This document shows, one piece after another, positions 1-12,803 of a stretch of 64,000 nt of DNA. Source of the stretch: Eledone cirrhosa (Eukaryota); the NCBI GenBank assembly GCA_964016885.1, contig OZ024743.1, positions 359,724,001-359,788,000 of the forward strand. Direction: 5' to 3'. Each line of letters opens with the position of its first letter. The first letter of the stretch is position 1. The position numbers and the translations under genes are program-made. Under the pieces are notes generated by a model that saw only the letters and a program-made list of their open reading frames with translations, did not search any database and had not been told where the DNA came from.

Positions 1-1109
1 TATAAGTGGAACAATTTGTTTTTAGTTTTGCTTCTTTCTCTTCTAAATCTTATTTATTTTATCTTTTAATATTCTTTTGATTTATAAAACAAAACATAGA
101 TATTCTCTTCTACATTAATCACAAAATTCAGTATTATTGATTTGTCAAGAAAATTTCAGAACGTTTTATTATTTATTTTTATAAAGAAAGTTTACAAGAG
201 TTATTCATTTAAATAACTAGAAATTGGAATAATCGGATCAACAAAACAAAAGACATTGTTATGTTTCACTATAAGTTTTAAATTGAATTTATAATACTAC
301 CACTGTTGAGAATTAATGAAATGTAGTTTTCCCCATTTCAGCGTTTCACTGTCTATAAGTATTCTGAAGAGATCTTTCTGTGTAAGGCTATTGATTTTTA
401 ATTGATTGCTTCAATCACCTACTATTGAATCAGTAAACAAAAATATGTATGTTATTTCACTATCTTTCAGTTTAAAGACACATTCGTTCTTAATGTTGTT
501 GTTTAATGTTGTTGTTTAAATTGTTGGCTTGTTTATCTCTTGGTCAATCTAAAAACGTAAAAATCCTAAGTTTTATTTTCATTTCAGAATTAGCGTACCA
601 ACTACTATATCCTATAAGGTGGTTTCTTACGATTTATTGGATATGTTGTTTATTTTAGGTTGGCGCGTAATGTTTAAAGTGATTTCATGAATTGTCATAG
701 CAGTATAATCCAATTACTTTTAATTATGGTTTACCTATTTTTTTACCACTGATTTTACCATGTTTTTTCAATTGCGTTACAATATTGGTAAGGTACATTC
801 AACCAAATCAGTTCTCACTGGAAGATTTAATATGTAGCTTACTGGTAATATTCTAATATTACGTGTTTTTGTTTATGTTTTATTTCACGTTACTCCTTCT
901 ACTTGGAGTTGCGACCGATAGATAGTATTAGCAATTGGAAAGACAAATGGAAACGTTGTTTCCTCAGTCCGATTTGATGAAAGCAGATTATTCCTTTGTT
1001 TATGTTTTAATTGTACCTTCATTATTGAATCTTATTTTACACTGTTTCACTCGAAATAGTAACTGAAGGTAAAATTGAATTGCATGTGAAACCAAAATTA
1101 GCATCTATC

Positions 1110-1300
1110 TAGGGCGGGTAAAATTCCCGAGATCCATGGACGAGTTCTCTCCAGCGCTCTCTGTCCCTCATTATCGCTGCCATGTCCTGCGTCTCCAAGA
1201 GACCAGTGTCTGTCTTTAGGGCATCAACATACGTTAACCTTCATCTTCCTCTTCCAGTGAGTCCATGTAGGGGCTCCCACAGGAGCATTGAGTGCAATGT
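1110..1300 (-). mobile_element. RTE-clade LINE 3' fragment
   Basis: Minus-strand translation LLWEPLHG..GRGR..LTYVDALKTDTG...MRDRERWR resembles the C-terminal tail of RTE-type ORF2. Confidence 0.6.
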
Positions 1301-2559
1301 CATGCATGCAAATAGCATGCAAATATTAATTCAAGGAAAAAGAGTCAGAAAGTGACAATGAAGAAACGGACGAAATACAGGACAGTCGCTCTTATCAGTC
1401 GATCACTTGATTGGATAATGTCTTTTGTTTGGTCAAGATAGCAATCACTTAAATACATAAAAGCCTTCAAATGTGAGTAATGTACCGACATTAAAATCCC
1501 TTTTCTTTCAATACAGCCTATACAGGCTTATACATCAGACCCAAATGTGTTACCCCAATAAAAGTGTCGACCGCTCATTAGGCTAATGTTTTTATGGATG
1601 TTTTTATGACAGTAGTGGCATTTTTTTTTAAAGATCATATGCCTTCTTTGGAGACAATGTAGACATACTCCCTCATGTGGGGAATTTGGAGCAACAGATA
1701 ATCAATTTTATTATATTTACCTTTTATGAATTATTTCATGGAGTACAGAGAACAATATGCTTGAAAGCATTTTTATAGAAGCATATTTAGAGAATCAATA
1801 ACTTCTGAATTGTTTAAACGAGAGATCGTTAGGTATTGCATATTTAATACACAACAAGTAATTCACGAATAATAAAATGAAGGAATAAATAACGATGATA
1901 ATGGATTTATTTTAGGAAAGACGAAGAATCTTGGTGTTTACTATTAATATAAACTTAAAATAGAAATTGTAATAAATGAAAGTATTTTGGGAAGTATGTT
2001 TAAACAATTACATGTGCAACAATTTGTGTTATCAGTGGGCTTATATATGCTGAATCTAAATAGGAAATCAGTGTTTTTTATCAGGCTTGTGACACTATGT
2101 CAAGCTTTTCTATTTTAGAATCATCACCATATGAAAACAATACATTGTGATAATAAACAAAACTATAAATACAGATTTTAACATTAATATAGATTTAACA
2201 TTACTGTTTACGTCGAATTAGTGCAATTCATTTCTTTGGAAAGAAAGTTCTGCAAACAATGCAAGCAGAAACAGTCTTAAGACCTTTTCAGACGTGACAT
2301 GTGCCATGTTTGTAAATGAGGCTAGTCTGTATTAAATGTCACAGTACTTAAAATTAGTGTATACTGCTCCAATCAAATTTGTTTTCACATTCCACAGATC
2401 TATTTGAACCTACTTTCTCCTCTTATCTATTTAGTGATATGGTTTTAAAATATCCCGAACTTAATTTTACATCCATATTTAAAAATACTACGGACATTAT
2501 ATTGCATGTAAAGTAGATGATCAACACAAGGTTTGAACTTGTTACATTTGCTGCTTGGC

Positions 2560-3770
2560 ATGAATAAGACTACTAATAGTATATCTAAATGATGCACATC
2601 ACAAACTAAACGCTATTGCAATGATTTGCAGGGAACGGCAAGATCACACAGCTGACTGTTATTTGTCCCTTGTGAGTCAAATAGAGTTAATTTCAATAAC
2701 TAAGAACTTAATCAAATATTCTGGTCTGTAAAGAGACCATTTCCCCACAGTGGTTAACTTTCAGTACCAGTCTCCCCGACCGTGTTACTTTATGTGATTA
2801 AGGATCAAATAAAACTAGAGCCTCTCATGTGGGAAAAGAGCATATCTGGAAGATTTAGTTAATCGTCTGAATTCCTCCAAGCCGCAGGCTGTCAATTTTC
2901 TTTGACGGGCTGGAATTATCTACAATGTGATATAAAAGTTTTTATTTTATTTACGCAATCACTATGATGAATGCAAAAATAATTCTCCCATGAAAATGGA
3001 CTTGTATTGTATAACAGAGGCTTTAAGTCCTAAACATAAGAAAGATTTGTGGCGATTTTTCACTGAATCCTCAAAAGTCAGTTTGAATGCAATCTTTCTT
3101 TAAAACAGAAATACATTACCTCCTGCATCTATGACACATGCGAGTTGTACGATAACATGAAGTTGCTTTTAGAAAAGAGGTACACTATCAGTTCAGTTAC
3201 AGCACATATTGTATTTTATGGGAGGAAATAGGAACAAGCAAAACAACTTCAGGATGTATTGGCAAAAACCTACCACGTTTAATCCAGACAAGAAAACTAA
3301 ACTGGTGACTTGTTGAATCTGAGAAATTGTTCCTGCCTCCTTTGCACATCAATGTTCAATTTATGGAAAACCTTGTTAAAATGTTGGAAAAGGCAGAAAC
3401 TGAAATCAATTACTCGAGATACAATTTACCATATATGCTATGCTGAAAGATGTTTTGTACACCCTCAGATGAGAGAATTTTTAAGAGATGAGCAGTTTAA
3501 AGGAGAGTTAAATGAAGTTACGAATACAGGGTTACACAGTTTTACATGTTTCTGTGCAAACCTGTGAAGGAATCACAACGCTGAAACTATTCTGATATAT
3601 TAGTGATCTTTCGTATGTCATATCAAACAATGTGACGCGATCTGTTATCAAAAGTTCATTTTATGAACGTTCAGTAGGTTGCGGCAAGCGACGAATATGA
3701 TGGTCGTTTCCATCAGGATATTTCTACTTTGGAAAGCCTTACCAAGACAACCGTTGTCCCAGTCTGCTTG
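2560..3770 (+). pseudogene. Decayed DNA transposase, Chapaev/CMC-like
   Basis: Broken but collinear motifs: DHTADCY, WRFFTESSKVSLNA, LPPLHI, FVHPQMREFLRDEQF, SDEYDGRFHQDISTLE. These match the recalled Chapaev3-type pattern (WRLFIDSSK / PLHIKLG / FVGPQIR / SDEQGERFHQDI). Many stops and frameshifts. Confidence 0.65.
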
Positions 3771-4099
3771 CTAGTTGCTCCCAGACTCGTAAGATATCCT
3801 AGGCAGAGTACAAGAGAAGAACAAATTAAGCTACGCTTTAAATTACCTGCAAATCTATTACAGCATCTAAATCAGATATTTCGTGTGGCACGAAAAAGGT
3901 TTTGTTTGGCATCGTTCCCAAGTGTTGATAATGTCAATTGACCGCAATAATTATTTATAAATATCAAATTTGTCAGAATAATTTCGAACTATTATAAAGA
4001 TAATTTATACATATAAAAATGATTAATTTCAATATATTTAGATAATTGAATAGAAAAATACCTTATTCATATAAATTGCATATTAATATTTAGTTCTAA

Positions 4100-4275
4100 T
4101 TTAGACACAAGGCTCATAGTTTTGGGAAAGAGAACTTTGGTTAAATCTACCCCAGTATTGGACTGACAATTTATTTAATCGATCAAGGAAGGATTTGAAA
4201 TCAGAACAACGTAAAGAACCGGAATAATTTTTGCTAAGCCTTTATCCGCTGTTCTACTGACTCTTTCAATTCACT
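4100..4275 (-). mobile_element. Degenerate tRNA-derived SINE
   Basis: Reverse complement retains a B-box-like ttcaaatcc, gatcgattaaataaa, ctggggtagattta and an ccttgtgtctaaa tail like the other SINE copies. Confidence 0.5.
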
Positions 4276-4599
4276 ACCCTCTCTCGCATCTTAATAAGAA
4301 ATAAAGATTAGTGATTAATATCTAAAGAAAATTGAAATAAGTAGAAATAAAAAACGCGAATAATTATAACAAGGAAAGTAGGAACATTTTACTCTCAGTG
4401 ACTCAATGACACATTTGTTGTCATCCCATCTTTACTTCATATTTGGTTGTTTTATGAGTTATAAATGTAATATATAAATCATAATTATGGTTACTCCTAT
4501 AATATGACTTGAAAAAAGTTATTAAAAACAATTACTGATTTACATATTTCCACTGCAAGCAATAGTTTCAAGAATGTAAATTTTGATTTTCAGCATCTT

Positions 4600-5070
4600 T
4601 TTTCCTGCACTTTCTGTCATTAAACACTTATCAATTCAACAAACCTTTAGCATCTATATTGAAGTGTTTTCTAAAATTTAACATTTGTTACAAATGATGA
4701 TTTCTCGGGAATTGTGTTAATTTGTTTAATCTCTAAATTATCGAATTCAATCAATGACAACATTTCCAAATTCAGGTTGTCTAAAGCTTCACTATTGGCA
4801 AATTTAATGATATTTGTAGTTTCTTTAAATGACGTCAACTTTGTTAATCTGAAAGACAAACCTTTAACGGCAGACACAACGATATTCATAGTTTCTCTGG
4901 CTTGCTTTAAATGTTTGTTCTCCTATAAATTTGGAGATCAGTCACATGTTTTTAAATTTGGGAAATATTTGAAGGCGTGTTTGTCATTTTATTGAAAAAC
5001 ATTTATCTTAATTCCAAAAGGTTTTTTGTGATCAAACATAAAATCAATATGTCTGTAAATTGGTGTTCTA
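4600..5070 (-). pseudogene. Possible decayed leucine-rich-repeat coding relic
   Basis: Fragments HAFKYFPNLKTCD*SPN, LSFRLTKLTSF and ALDNLNLEMLSL resemble extracellular LRR periodicity but are interrupted; AT-rich DNA can mimic this. Confidence 0.2.
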
Positions 5071-5704
5071 ATCATTAAAATTAGAAAAAAATCAAAACAG
5101 AAAAACCCTGTAAAAAAAAAAAAAAAAAAACATTAGTCTATAAAGTCAACAACGTCAATACTTCTTGATCGGAAACATTTTTGTTAGTCAAAAAACAAAC
5201 AAAGCATTTTTTTAGTCAACGAACAAACAAAGTACAACACAAAATCAAGAACAAAAAACTAAAGATGTATGTCATCCAAATACTCAACTATTCGTTTAAA
5301 GACATAATTTAAACTAAGATATCTAATGGGTTTGTACATTTCTACATTTTGAAATCGTCTCTTTTTTCAAAGGGCGAGCAGATAGAAAATTAACTATGCT
5401 AGTTACGACTTTAATCTCAATTTCAAGTTTCATAAGACCAGCTTTTGTAAAGTTAGTTTCTTAGTGTACAGAACAATAAAAGGCTACAACTGGGACGACA
5501 TGTTTTGGAAACAAATTTATAAAATCTGTTTCTCTACCAGTCAGACTTGGTGTACCGTCAGTTAACTGAAACAATTTTGAAAGGTCAATTTGAGGATTAC
5601 ATAATTGATTAGAGTGCTCACTTAAAGTTATTAAATTCAGTTATCACTCCCGAAAAATTGGGCAGATAATATAAGAAACAAAGTAAATAGAATTTTGTTA
5701 GTTT

Positions 5705-5885
5705 ATCATCTATAGTATTCTATCTTCTAATGTGCTTCTAGTCACTGAAAAATTCCTAATACACTCAATATAGAATACATGCTATCTATGCATCATCTAT
5801 AGTATTCTATATTCTAATGTGCTTCTACTCAATGAAAAATTCCTAATACACTTCTAATACATGCGTACATGCTATCCATGCATCT
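5705..5885. repeat. Two-copy tandem repeat, ~87 bp unit
   Basis: atcatctatagtattctat...aaaaattcctaatacac...tacatgctatc occurs twice head-to-tail. Confidence 0.85.
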
Positions 5886-6175
5886 TCAGCTTACTGATTG
5901 GATTTCTATGCTGAGTAATAATATTTAAAATCTTAAAACTAGCTCTAACTAAGATGGAACTGCCTGAATCATATTTCATCAAAGCATTTAACATTTGTTA
6001 CGGGAAATGTGTTAATTTGTTTTCTTGTTCATTTTATCGCTTAATTGACTAAGAAGAGTAACATAACATTCAGGGTCGACACTGACATTAAAGGAAATTA
6101 GATAGCCCACTTAGATGCAAACATTAGAAAGATGCATTACAGAATTTTAAAGGATCGGAGTGAGGATGGACTGTG

Positions 6176-6405
6176 TTGCGGAGAATGCAACTTAGTAATG
6201 TTCTTACTGTCCTCAGAGCAAGAAAAGTAAAAAAAAAAATAAAAAAAAAAATAGGTTTATCAGCTTATTGAAATGTAAGTCGAATTTATTTTATTTGAGA
6301 TAAATTCGACTTACATTTCAATAAGCTGATAAACCTATTTTTTTTTTTTTTTACTTTTCTTGCTCTGAGGACAGTAAGAACATTACTAAGTTGCATTCTC
6401 CGCAA
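6176..6405. repeat. Fold-back palindrome, ~110 bp arms
   Basis: ttgcggagaatgcaac...gtcgaatttat is followed after a ~10 nt spacer by its reverse complement; the arms differ only in the poly(A)/poly(T) tract. Confidence 0.95.
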
Positions 6406-6691
6406 TTGAATGTTGGTGATGTTTTTTAGAAAAATAAAATCAATAGCAAAGGTTATCTCCCTCGAATCATGAAAGGCAAGTGCGTCCTAGATTCGAGACT
6501 CCTGGTTCAAGCAACACAATTCTGAGTTACATGACATAAACGAACAGCACAAACACATACACACGGATACACGTGAGCCCCCCCCCCCCTTATATATATA
6601 TATATATAAGTTATTCCGGGTTCAATTGGGGGTAACCACAGTAAATAAGGTACTCAATACAAAGCAGAGTATAAATGTTTTAATGTAGGAA

Positions 6692-6742
6692 AGCTTCTAC
6701 AGGACTAGAACTGTTTCATTCGTGAGAAATCATCAGGAAGCT
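6692..6742 (-). ncRNA. Type I hammerhead ribozyme motif
   Basis: AGCUUC-CUGAUGA-U-UUC(UCAC)GAA-U-GAAA-CAG(UUCUAGUC)CUG-UA-GAAGCU: stem I 6 bp, canonical core, GUA cleavage triplet, weak stem II. Confidence 0.8.
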
Positions 6743-7009
6743 GACTGTCCAAGTAAATGTGGTGGTATTTATATCTTTTCTGGTGGAGGTCATTGGTTGA
6801 TGGATTTCAAGAAAAGGGAATTCATTAAAAGCTAATTCTTTAAAGCTATAATTTATATTAACAAAGGCAGAAAGAATACTGTAAATAGGTTCAAATTGGA
6901 ATACCAATCCTTGTTTATCTCTTAAACTAACAATGTCTGTAAGTCAGGTGTTTACAGGATGGGTGGGGTTCATTGGTTTAAAAAAAAGGGAAATTAGAAA
7001 GCTAATTCT

Positions 7010-7236
7010 TTAACCCTATAATGTTCAAACCAGCCAAAAACGGACAGGATTCTCTACCTTTTTCCGTTGAAACTGGCTGTAACTGTTTGCTCAAACTGAT
7101 GGTAAGGTATTGTTCTCAAAATAAATACTTTCAAAATCTCATAGATTCGATATTATGTGAGATAATTAAGCGAAGTAAAGCCTTTACCATGAAAATATAA
7201 TAGTATATATAGAGTAATGTGAATGCTAAAGGCTGA
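7010..7236. mobile_element. Possible piggyBac-type MITE relic
   Basis: Begins TTAACCCT..atgttc and ends gaatgctaaaggctga (degenerate inverted terminus). It interrupts a diverged copy of the 6790-6900 sequence. Confidence 0.35.
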
Positions 7237-7449
7237 GATTTGGGTGACAAAGGCAGAAAGAATTCTATGAACAGGTTCAAGTGTTGGGGTGCTTCCCCTT
7301 ATTATGAAGTTTCTCTTAATTTATATTCCATGTGTCAACAAGCACATTTACACACGCGCCCACTTACACACATACTCACACACACACGCACACACGCACA
7401 AACAAGCAGATACACACACAACAAACATACATATAAATACATACACACA

Positions 7450-7580
<131 letters not shown>

Positions 7581-8220
7581 AGCTAATAAGCTTGAAACTA
7601 TAGCTAATAAGCTTGAAACTAGTACATCGTTCCTGTGTCAGTGTTGAACAAAAAGGCGACGATGGTTGCCTGAACACTGTACGGCGTAATTCGGGCTGTT
7701 TGTTTACAAACAAACCGAAGATTATAATAAATGTTCGGTAAACCCATACGTACATATATATATATGTGTGCATGTATGTATATATATACATTCTACTGTA
7801 CGTCTGTATACATATATGTACGTATACATACATACTTACATTTAAGTATCAGCCGTACTAAGAGTGAGAAATGAAATTTCGTTTCATTCTTTTCCATATA
7901 TGTATATATTTGTATACTTGGGGAGGGTCATATTTGATACCTTTTAAAATGATTAATCTTCCTTGTATATATTTTTTATTAAAGAAATATATTTCACCAT
8001 CAGAAGCTGGTCGCTGTGTGTTTTTTCAAAAAAATGCAGCACATGCTGCTAGTCATTCGCAGATTTGGATTTGGTGTGTAAACGCAGATAGTTAAATCTT
8101 CTCCCTTGTTAAAAATGCGGATTTGGCTACTGTGGTTTACTGATCGATTGATGGTGAAATATATTTCTTTAATGAAATATATTCAAGGAAGATTATGTAT
8201 ATATATATATATATATATAT

Positions 8221-8415
8221 ATAGGAAAAAGTATGACCCCGACGGCAGAGCTCAAGCCGTTTCGACGGCTATTTCGGTAGTCCAGAAATAGCCGTCGAAA
8301 CGGCTTGAGCTCTGCCGTCGGGGTCATACTTTTTCCTATTTCCCACTCGAATACCCTAAGTATTGAGTACTCTGGTGCGTTATGGTCCATCTGGTTCCTT
8401 ACCACAATTCTTTTG

Positions 8416-8417
<2 letters not shown>
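8221..8417 (+). mobile_element. PLE terminal-repeat fragment with inverted 5' end and hammerhead 3' half
   Basis: Perfect 55 bp inverted arms (8221-8275 / 8285-8339) containing GAAA-CGGC(9 nt)GCCG-UC-GGGGUCAUAC. A tattgagtac tail is shared with the HHR-adjacent sequence near 6650. (TA)n on both sides. Confidence 0.7.
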
Positions 8418-8508
<91 letters not shown>

Positions 8509-8889
8509 TACATATATATACATACATATACACACACATATACACACATATATATACATATGCACACATAGAAACATACGCATATATACACATATATTCC
8601 CACATATATAGATATATATATAAACACACGCGTACACAAATATATACAGACAGCCAAACATACATATACATACATGCACCAAACTCTCATGTATATATAC
8701 ACATATATACACACACATACATGTATAAAAATGAAGTACGCTTTACATGTGGAAAAAGCAGATTGGTAAGAACTACTTACATAACCATAGTGTCGTGTTT
8801 CGGGTCGAGAGGGGGTAGGTGTAGGGTGGGAAGGCGGTGGATGGGTGTATTTTGTCGAGTGGGTTTTTTTTTTTTAAAAGAAAATCTTT

Positions 8890-9705
8890 GTTAGCCATCT
8901 GGCATCAACGCTGGCTTAAGGTATATGAAAGTTGCAAAGTTTTTATGCATGCAATTTGGGCAGAGTTCGGAGAGTTTGTATAGTAGCGGGTCCTTGGCAA
9001 ATAATATTTCGTAGATCTGTGAAATACAAAGGTCGCAGCACTTGTGTCCTGCCTTGTATGAGCGCGCTTCCTGGAGTATTTTCCATTTAAGCGTGAAGGG
9101 GTGGAGTCCCTTTTGAGGTCCCAGAAATAGGAAGCGAGCGTTGTCTGATTTGATTTTTTCCGGTCTTCTGAAAGAGTGGGTATGGGCATACCACCGGGTC
9201 TTAAAATTATTGGAAGTCATGCCCATGTAAATCTTTTTTGTTGTCGTCATCGGTACCTGAGATGACATCACATTTGTATACGATGTCATTTGTCAGGCAT
9301 TTGTTTTCAAGTGGGCAGGCTTCCTTATTTTGGCAGTTGCACAAGGCTCACGCCCGGGGATTGGGTTCGGAGGTAGTTGGCTTATTTAATTTTTTAGCGT
9401 TGACATTGGCTATATTCCTAGCTAGGTGAGGTGTAGTGGAGTAGGAGAGTCTTATTGTGTTCTTATTGAAGATAGTGTAGTACCTATGTTGTATGGGGAA
9501 GTGTGTGTTCAGCAAAATGAAGAAAGTCCTATCTATAGGTGTAGAGATCTCTCTATTGTACCAACTAATCTGCCTATGCCTATTCCTCCTAGGTAGTCTT
9601 GGGGTGTTTTCTAGTTAATTCATTTTTTCTTTAAATCCGCTGCGGGCGAGGGCGTCGTTGTAGTAGGAGGAAGAGGCGTTAAAGATAACTTCATTGGCCG
9701 AGAAG
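8890..9705 (-). mobile_element. Penelope-like element 3' fragment (GIY-YIG endonuclease)
   Basis: CNCQNKEACPLENKC, VYKC, YMGMTSNNFKTRWYAH, LKWKIL, CDLC and upstream IRLSYSTTPHL; homologous to the 28.7-30.2 kb ORF; frameshifted. Confidence 0.9.
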
Positions 9706-10067
9706 CAATTTATACAGCCAATTTATACAGCTTCGTATGCAAATGAGGTTAATCAGCCTATGTAAGCAGACGAAAAAATTATATATTTTCGGCTGTTTCA
9801 AATTCCAATGGTTGAGTTAGTCTGAAAGTGTAGTAACTGCTTTCTCTAGCAAACACGATAATCGATTTCTGTCCACTTTACTGCCCGCCTGTAACCTCTG
9901 TATCATGTATTCATTTCTCCCTCCTCCCTTTTAGATATTTTTCACTTGCTACAATGGATTCAGTCATCTTTCTTGACCTATGTATCACATATTAATTCCT
10001 CCCTTCGCCTATAGAGATTTCCTCACTCGCTATAAACGCGTCTGGAAAACAATCCTTTCCCTGGAGT

Positions 10068-10159
10068 GTTTCTTGAGAAGCTGATTGGCCTCACAACGTT
10101 GTTGCATATCTATAATGTACAATTGTTGCATACATATAGCGAAACTGTACAGTCGGAAC
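10068..10159 (+). ncRNA. Type I hammerhead motif, U3-A8 core variant
   Basis: GUUUC-UUGAGAA-GCU..(long insert)..AGC-GAAA-CUGUACAG-UC-GGAAC; palindromic stem III, GUC triplet. Confidence 0.65.
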
Positions 10160-10193
10160 TTTGAAGAAAGAATAGGTTTATATCTGTGTCTAT

Positions 10194-10382
10194 GGTGGAT
10201 TGGCAGTATCGATAGAGGCTCGGACGCCATACTTTGACGCATAGAGTTACGGCCCTTGCCATTCTCAGTTCAAATCCCGCCGAGGTTAACTTTGCCTTTC
10301 GTCCTTACTGGGTCGATAAAATAAAGTACCAGTAATGCACTGGTTAATTGCTGGGCTTGTGCCAAAAGCAGAAACAATTATT
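10194..10382 (+). mobile_element. tRNA-derived SINE (Nin/Deu-like core)
   Basis: A-box-like ttggcagtatcg, B-box gttcaaatcc, core gcctttc.tcctt...ggtcgataaaataaagtaccag, tail ttgtgccaaaagcagaaacaattatt. Confidence 0.9.
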
Positions 10383-10509
10383 TCCTCTTATTTTATGATT
10401 TTATATATATATTTGATATATATTTATATATTTGATATATATTTATCCTTATCGAGCCCTCTTTGGATTTTAGTCTTCAAATTTATTATTATTACTATAT
10501 ATATATAGA

Positions 10510-11760
10510 GAGAGAATTCACAAGAATCAAAGCTATGTTCAAAGCATTTATTCACTTACAATTGTTTCATCGGAGCATTTTTCAATGTTTGTACATATAA
10601 TTGACTTCCTATCCAACGCAGGAGACATACATATACATATATATATATATATATATTGATGTACAGTGGAGTGACATATATTATACTATACTATATTTGT
10701 ACAGCAATTCAAATCTAAAATCAAAATCAAAATCAAAATCAAAATTAAAATACATGCGGCAGATAACACAGATAATGTAAGGGGATCGTTTTATAATCAG
10801 ATCTAGTAGATAGTGTATGCGTTAGTCACACATGGAGCATGCAAGTGTGTCTCATTTATATACGATTATTGTGTGGCAAGGTGTTATATGTAATGTAAGC
10901 ACTTTAAGTGGGTCAGCAAGAGTATTATGGTGGTTGTAGTGGTAGGGTATTTTTTGTATAGATCAAAAAAGTATGTGTGCAGAAAAAGAAAAAGAAAAAG
11001 AAAAAGAAAAAGAAAAAGAAAAAGAAAAAGAAAAAGAAAAAGAAAAGGAAAAAGAAAAAGAAAGTTATAGTTTTCGCATCCACCACCATTCTCACATTCA
11101 GGAAGATATAGTTTTTACATCCATCACATAAGTTACGATGATTCCGTATTGGATGTTTGATGCATTAAATTATTGTAGCGTATTGAGGCTCAGTGTTATT
11201 TAATCCGTATTTATAAAATAGGTTCTTTCTGCTGCGAGAATTTACAGTGGTTTATTACCCGGAAGTAGGTGTGTAATTAAGAGGAGTTAATGCGTAAGAG
11301 GAGGTAACTAGCTGATTCTCATAACTAAATTCATTGTTCTAACATACATGTGCCACAATTGAGTCCCTTATATAAAAGGTTATATATTTATATCTAATTT
11401 TCAATTTTAAATACAGTCTACTCTATCATAATGTATTAAAGGTATCTATAGGAAGTTGATTACTCTTTATTATATAGTGCTATAATTGAATTTCACACAC
11501 AAAGTGCCATATCTTTATATCAAAGTTCACTGTAAATACAGTCTACTCTCAAAACATATCAGAGGACCTATTACAATTTTGTCTACATAACCCCTGGTAA
11601 GCTATGGAGTAGCGTATGGCTGTTTGCATGATAAAATCAAATACATCTCTTGGGTAAACAAATACATCCCTCATTTACAATGTCATTAATCTATCCATCA
11701 AGTTATACATGCATATATAGTTCATATATAATTCATTGCACCACCCTACATATAAGTTAG
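10510..11760 (-). mobile_element. Possible highly decayed PLE
   Basis: Minus-strand VNFDIK (RT motif A-like) near 11520 and an HHR-like GAAA-CAAUUG-UA remnant at ~10552-10590; bounded by (TA)n. Confidence 0.25.
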
Positions 11761-11906
11761 ACAGATCTCTTATGTTAATAAATTAAACAACTGATGTTAT
11801 TACATTGAGCTATTTATCTTACTGGTAATAAGGTAGTAATAAATTAATGACTTTCCCTGTTTATAGTTTAAAATATACATAACTATAAATAGTATCCTTA
11901 ATATTA

Positions 11907-11937
<31 letters not shown>

Positions 11938-11947
11938 ATATATATAC

Positions 11948-11981
<34 letters not shown>

Positions 11982-12016
11982 TATATATATATACATTATA
12001 TATATATATATATATG

Positions 12017-12128
<112 letters not shown>

Positions 12129-12220
12129 CACACATATATATATATATATATATATATTTATAATGTATATATATCTATCTATATATATATTATATAAATA
12201 TCAAATTATAAAATAAGAGG

Positions 12221-12410
12221 AAATAATTGTTTCTGCTTTTGGCACAAGCCCAGCAATTACCCAGTGCATTACTGGTACTTTATTTTATCGACTCAGTAAG
12301 GATGAACGGCAAAGTTAACCTTGACGGGATTTGAACTCAGAATAGCAAGGGCCGTGACTCTATGCGTCAAAATATGGCGTCCGACCCTCTACCGATACTG
12401 TCAATCCACC
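12221..12410 (-). mobile_element. tRNA-derived SINE
   Basis: Inverted copy of 10194-10382 with the same flanks. Confidence 0.9.
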
Positions 12411-12729
12411 ATAGACACAGATATATACCTATTCTTTCTTCAAAGTCCCGACTGTACAGTTTCGCTATATGTATGTATATATATATATATACATTTATAC
12501 ATATATACTTATATATATATCTATACATACATATATATATATACATACATACATACATACATAGATAGATAGATAGATAGATAGATGTGAAAACTAACAG
12601 CTGCCTGTGTTTTATTGGTAGTATGACGCACCCAAGTATAACAACATCTGTCACAACACGCGTTTTCAGATAAGAGAGCTTGCAAAACAAGTACAAAAAT
12701 GAAGCATATGTATATATATATATATATAT

Positions 12730-12803
12730 TTGATAAGCCCCCTGCAATATTGAATCTTCACTTTTTATGGCGAAACATTCTCTTATTTGAGCGTGTCCGG
12801 GTG
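12730..12803 (+). ncRNA. 5'-truncated hammerhead motif, U3-A8 core
   Basis: UUGAUAA-GCC...GGC-GAAA-CAUUCUC(UUAUUU)GAGCGUG-UC-CGGGUG; the 5' strand of stem I is replaced by (TA)n. Confidence 0.55.

Noticed and set aside
10194-10290. tRNA gene
   Set aside because: A/B boxes are present but there is no clean cloverleaf; it is the head of a multi-copy SINE.
11780-11900. Hammerhead in the repeat shared with 32905-33050
   Set aside because: The core reads CUGAUGU and no consistent stems form; retained only as a dispersed repeat.
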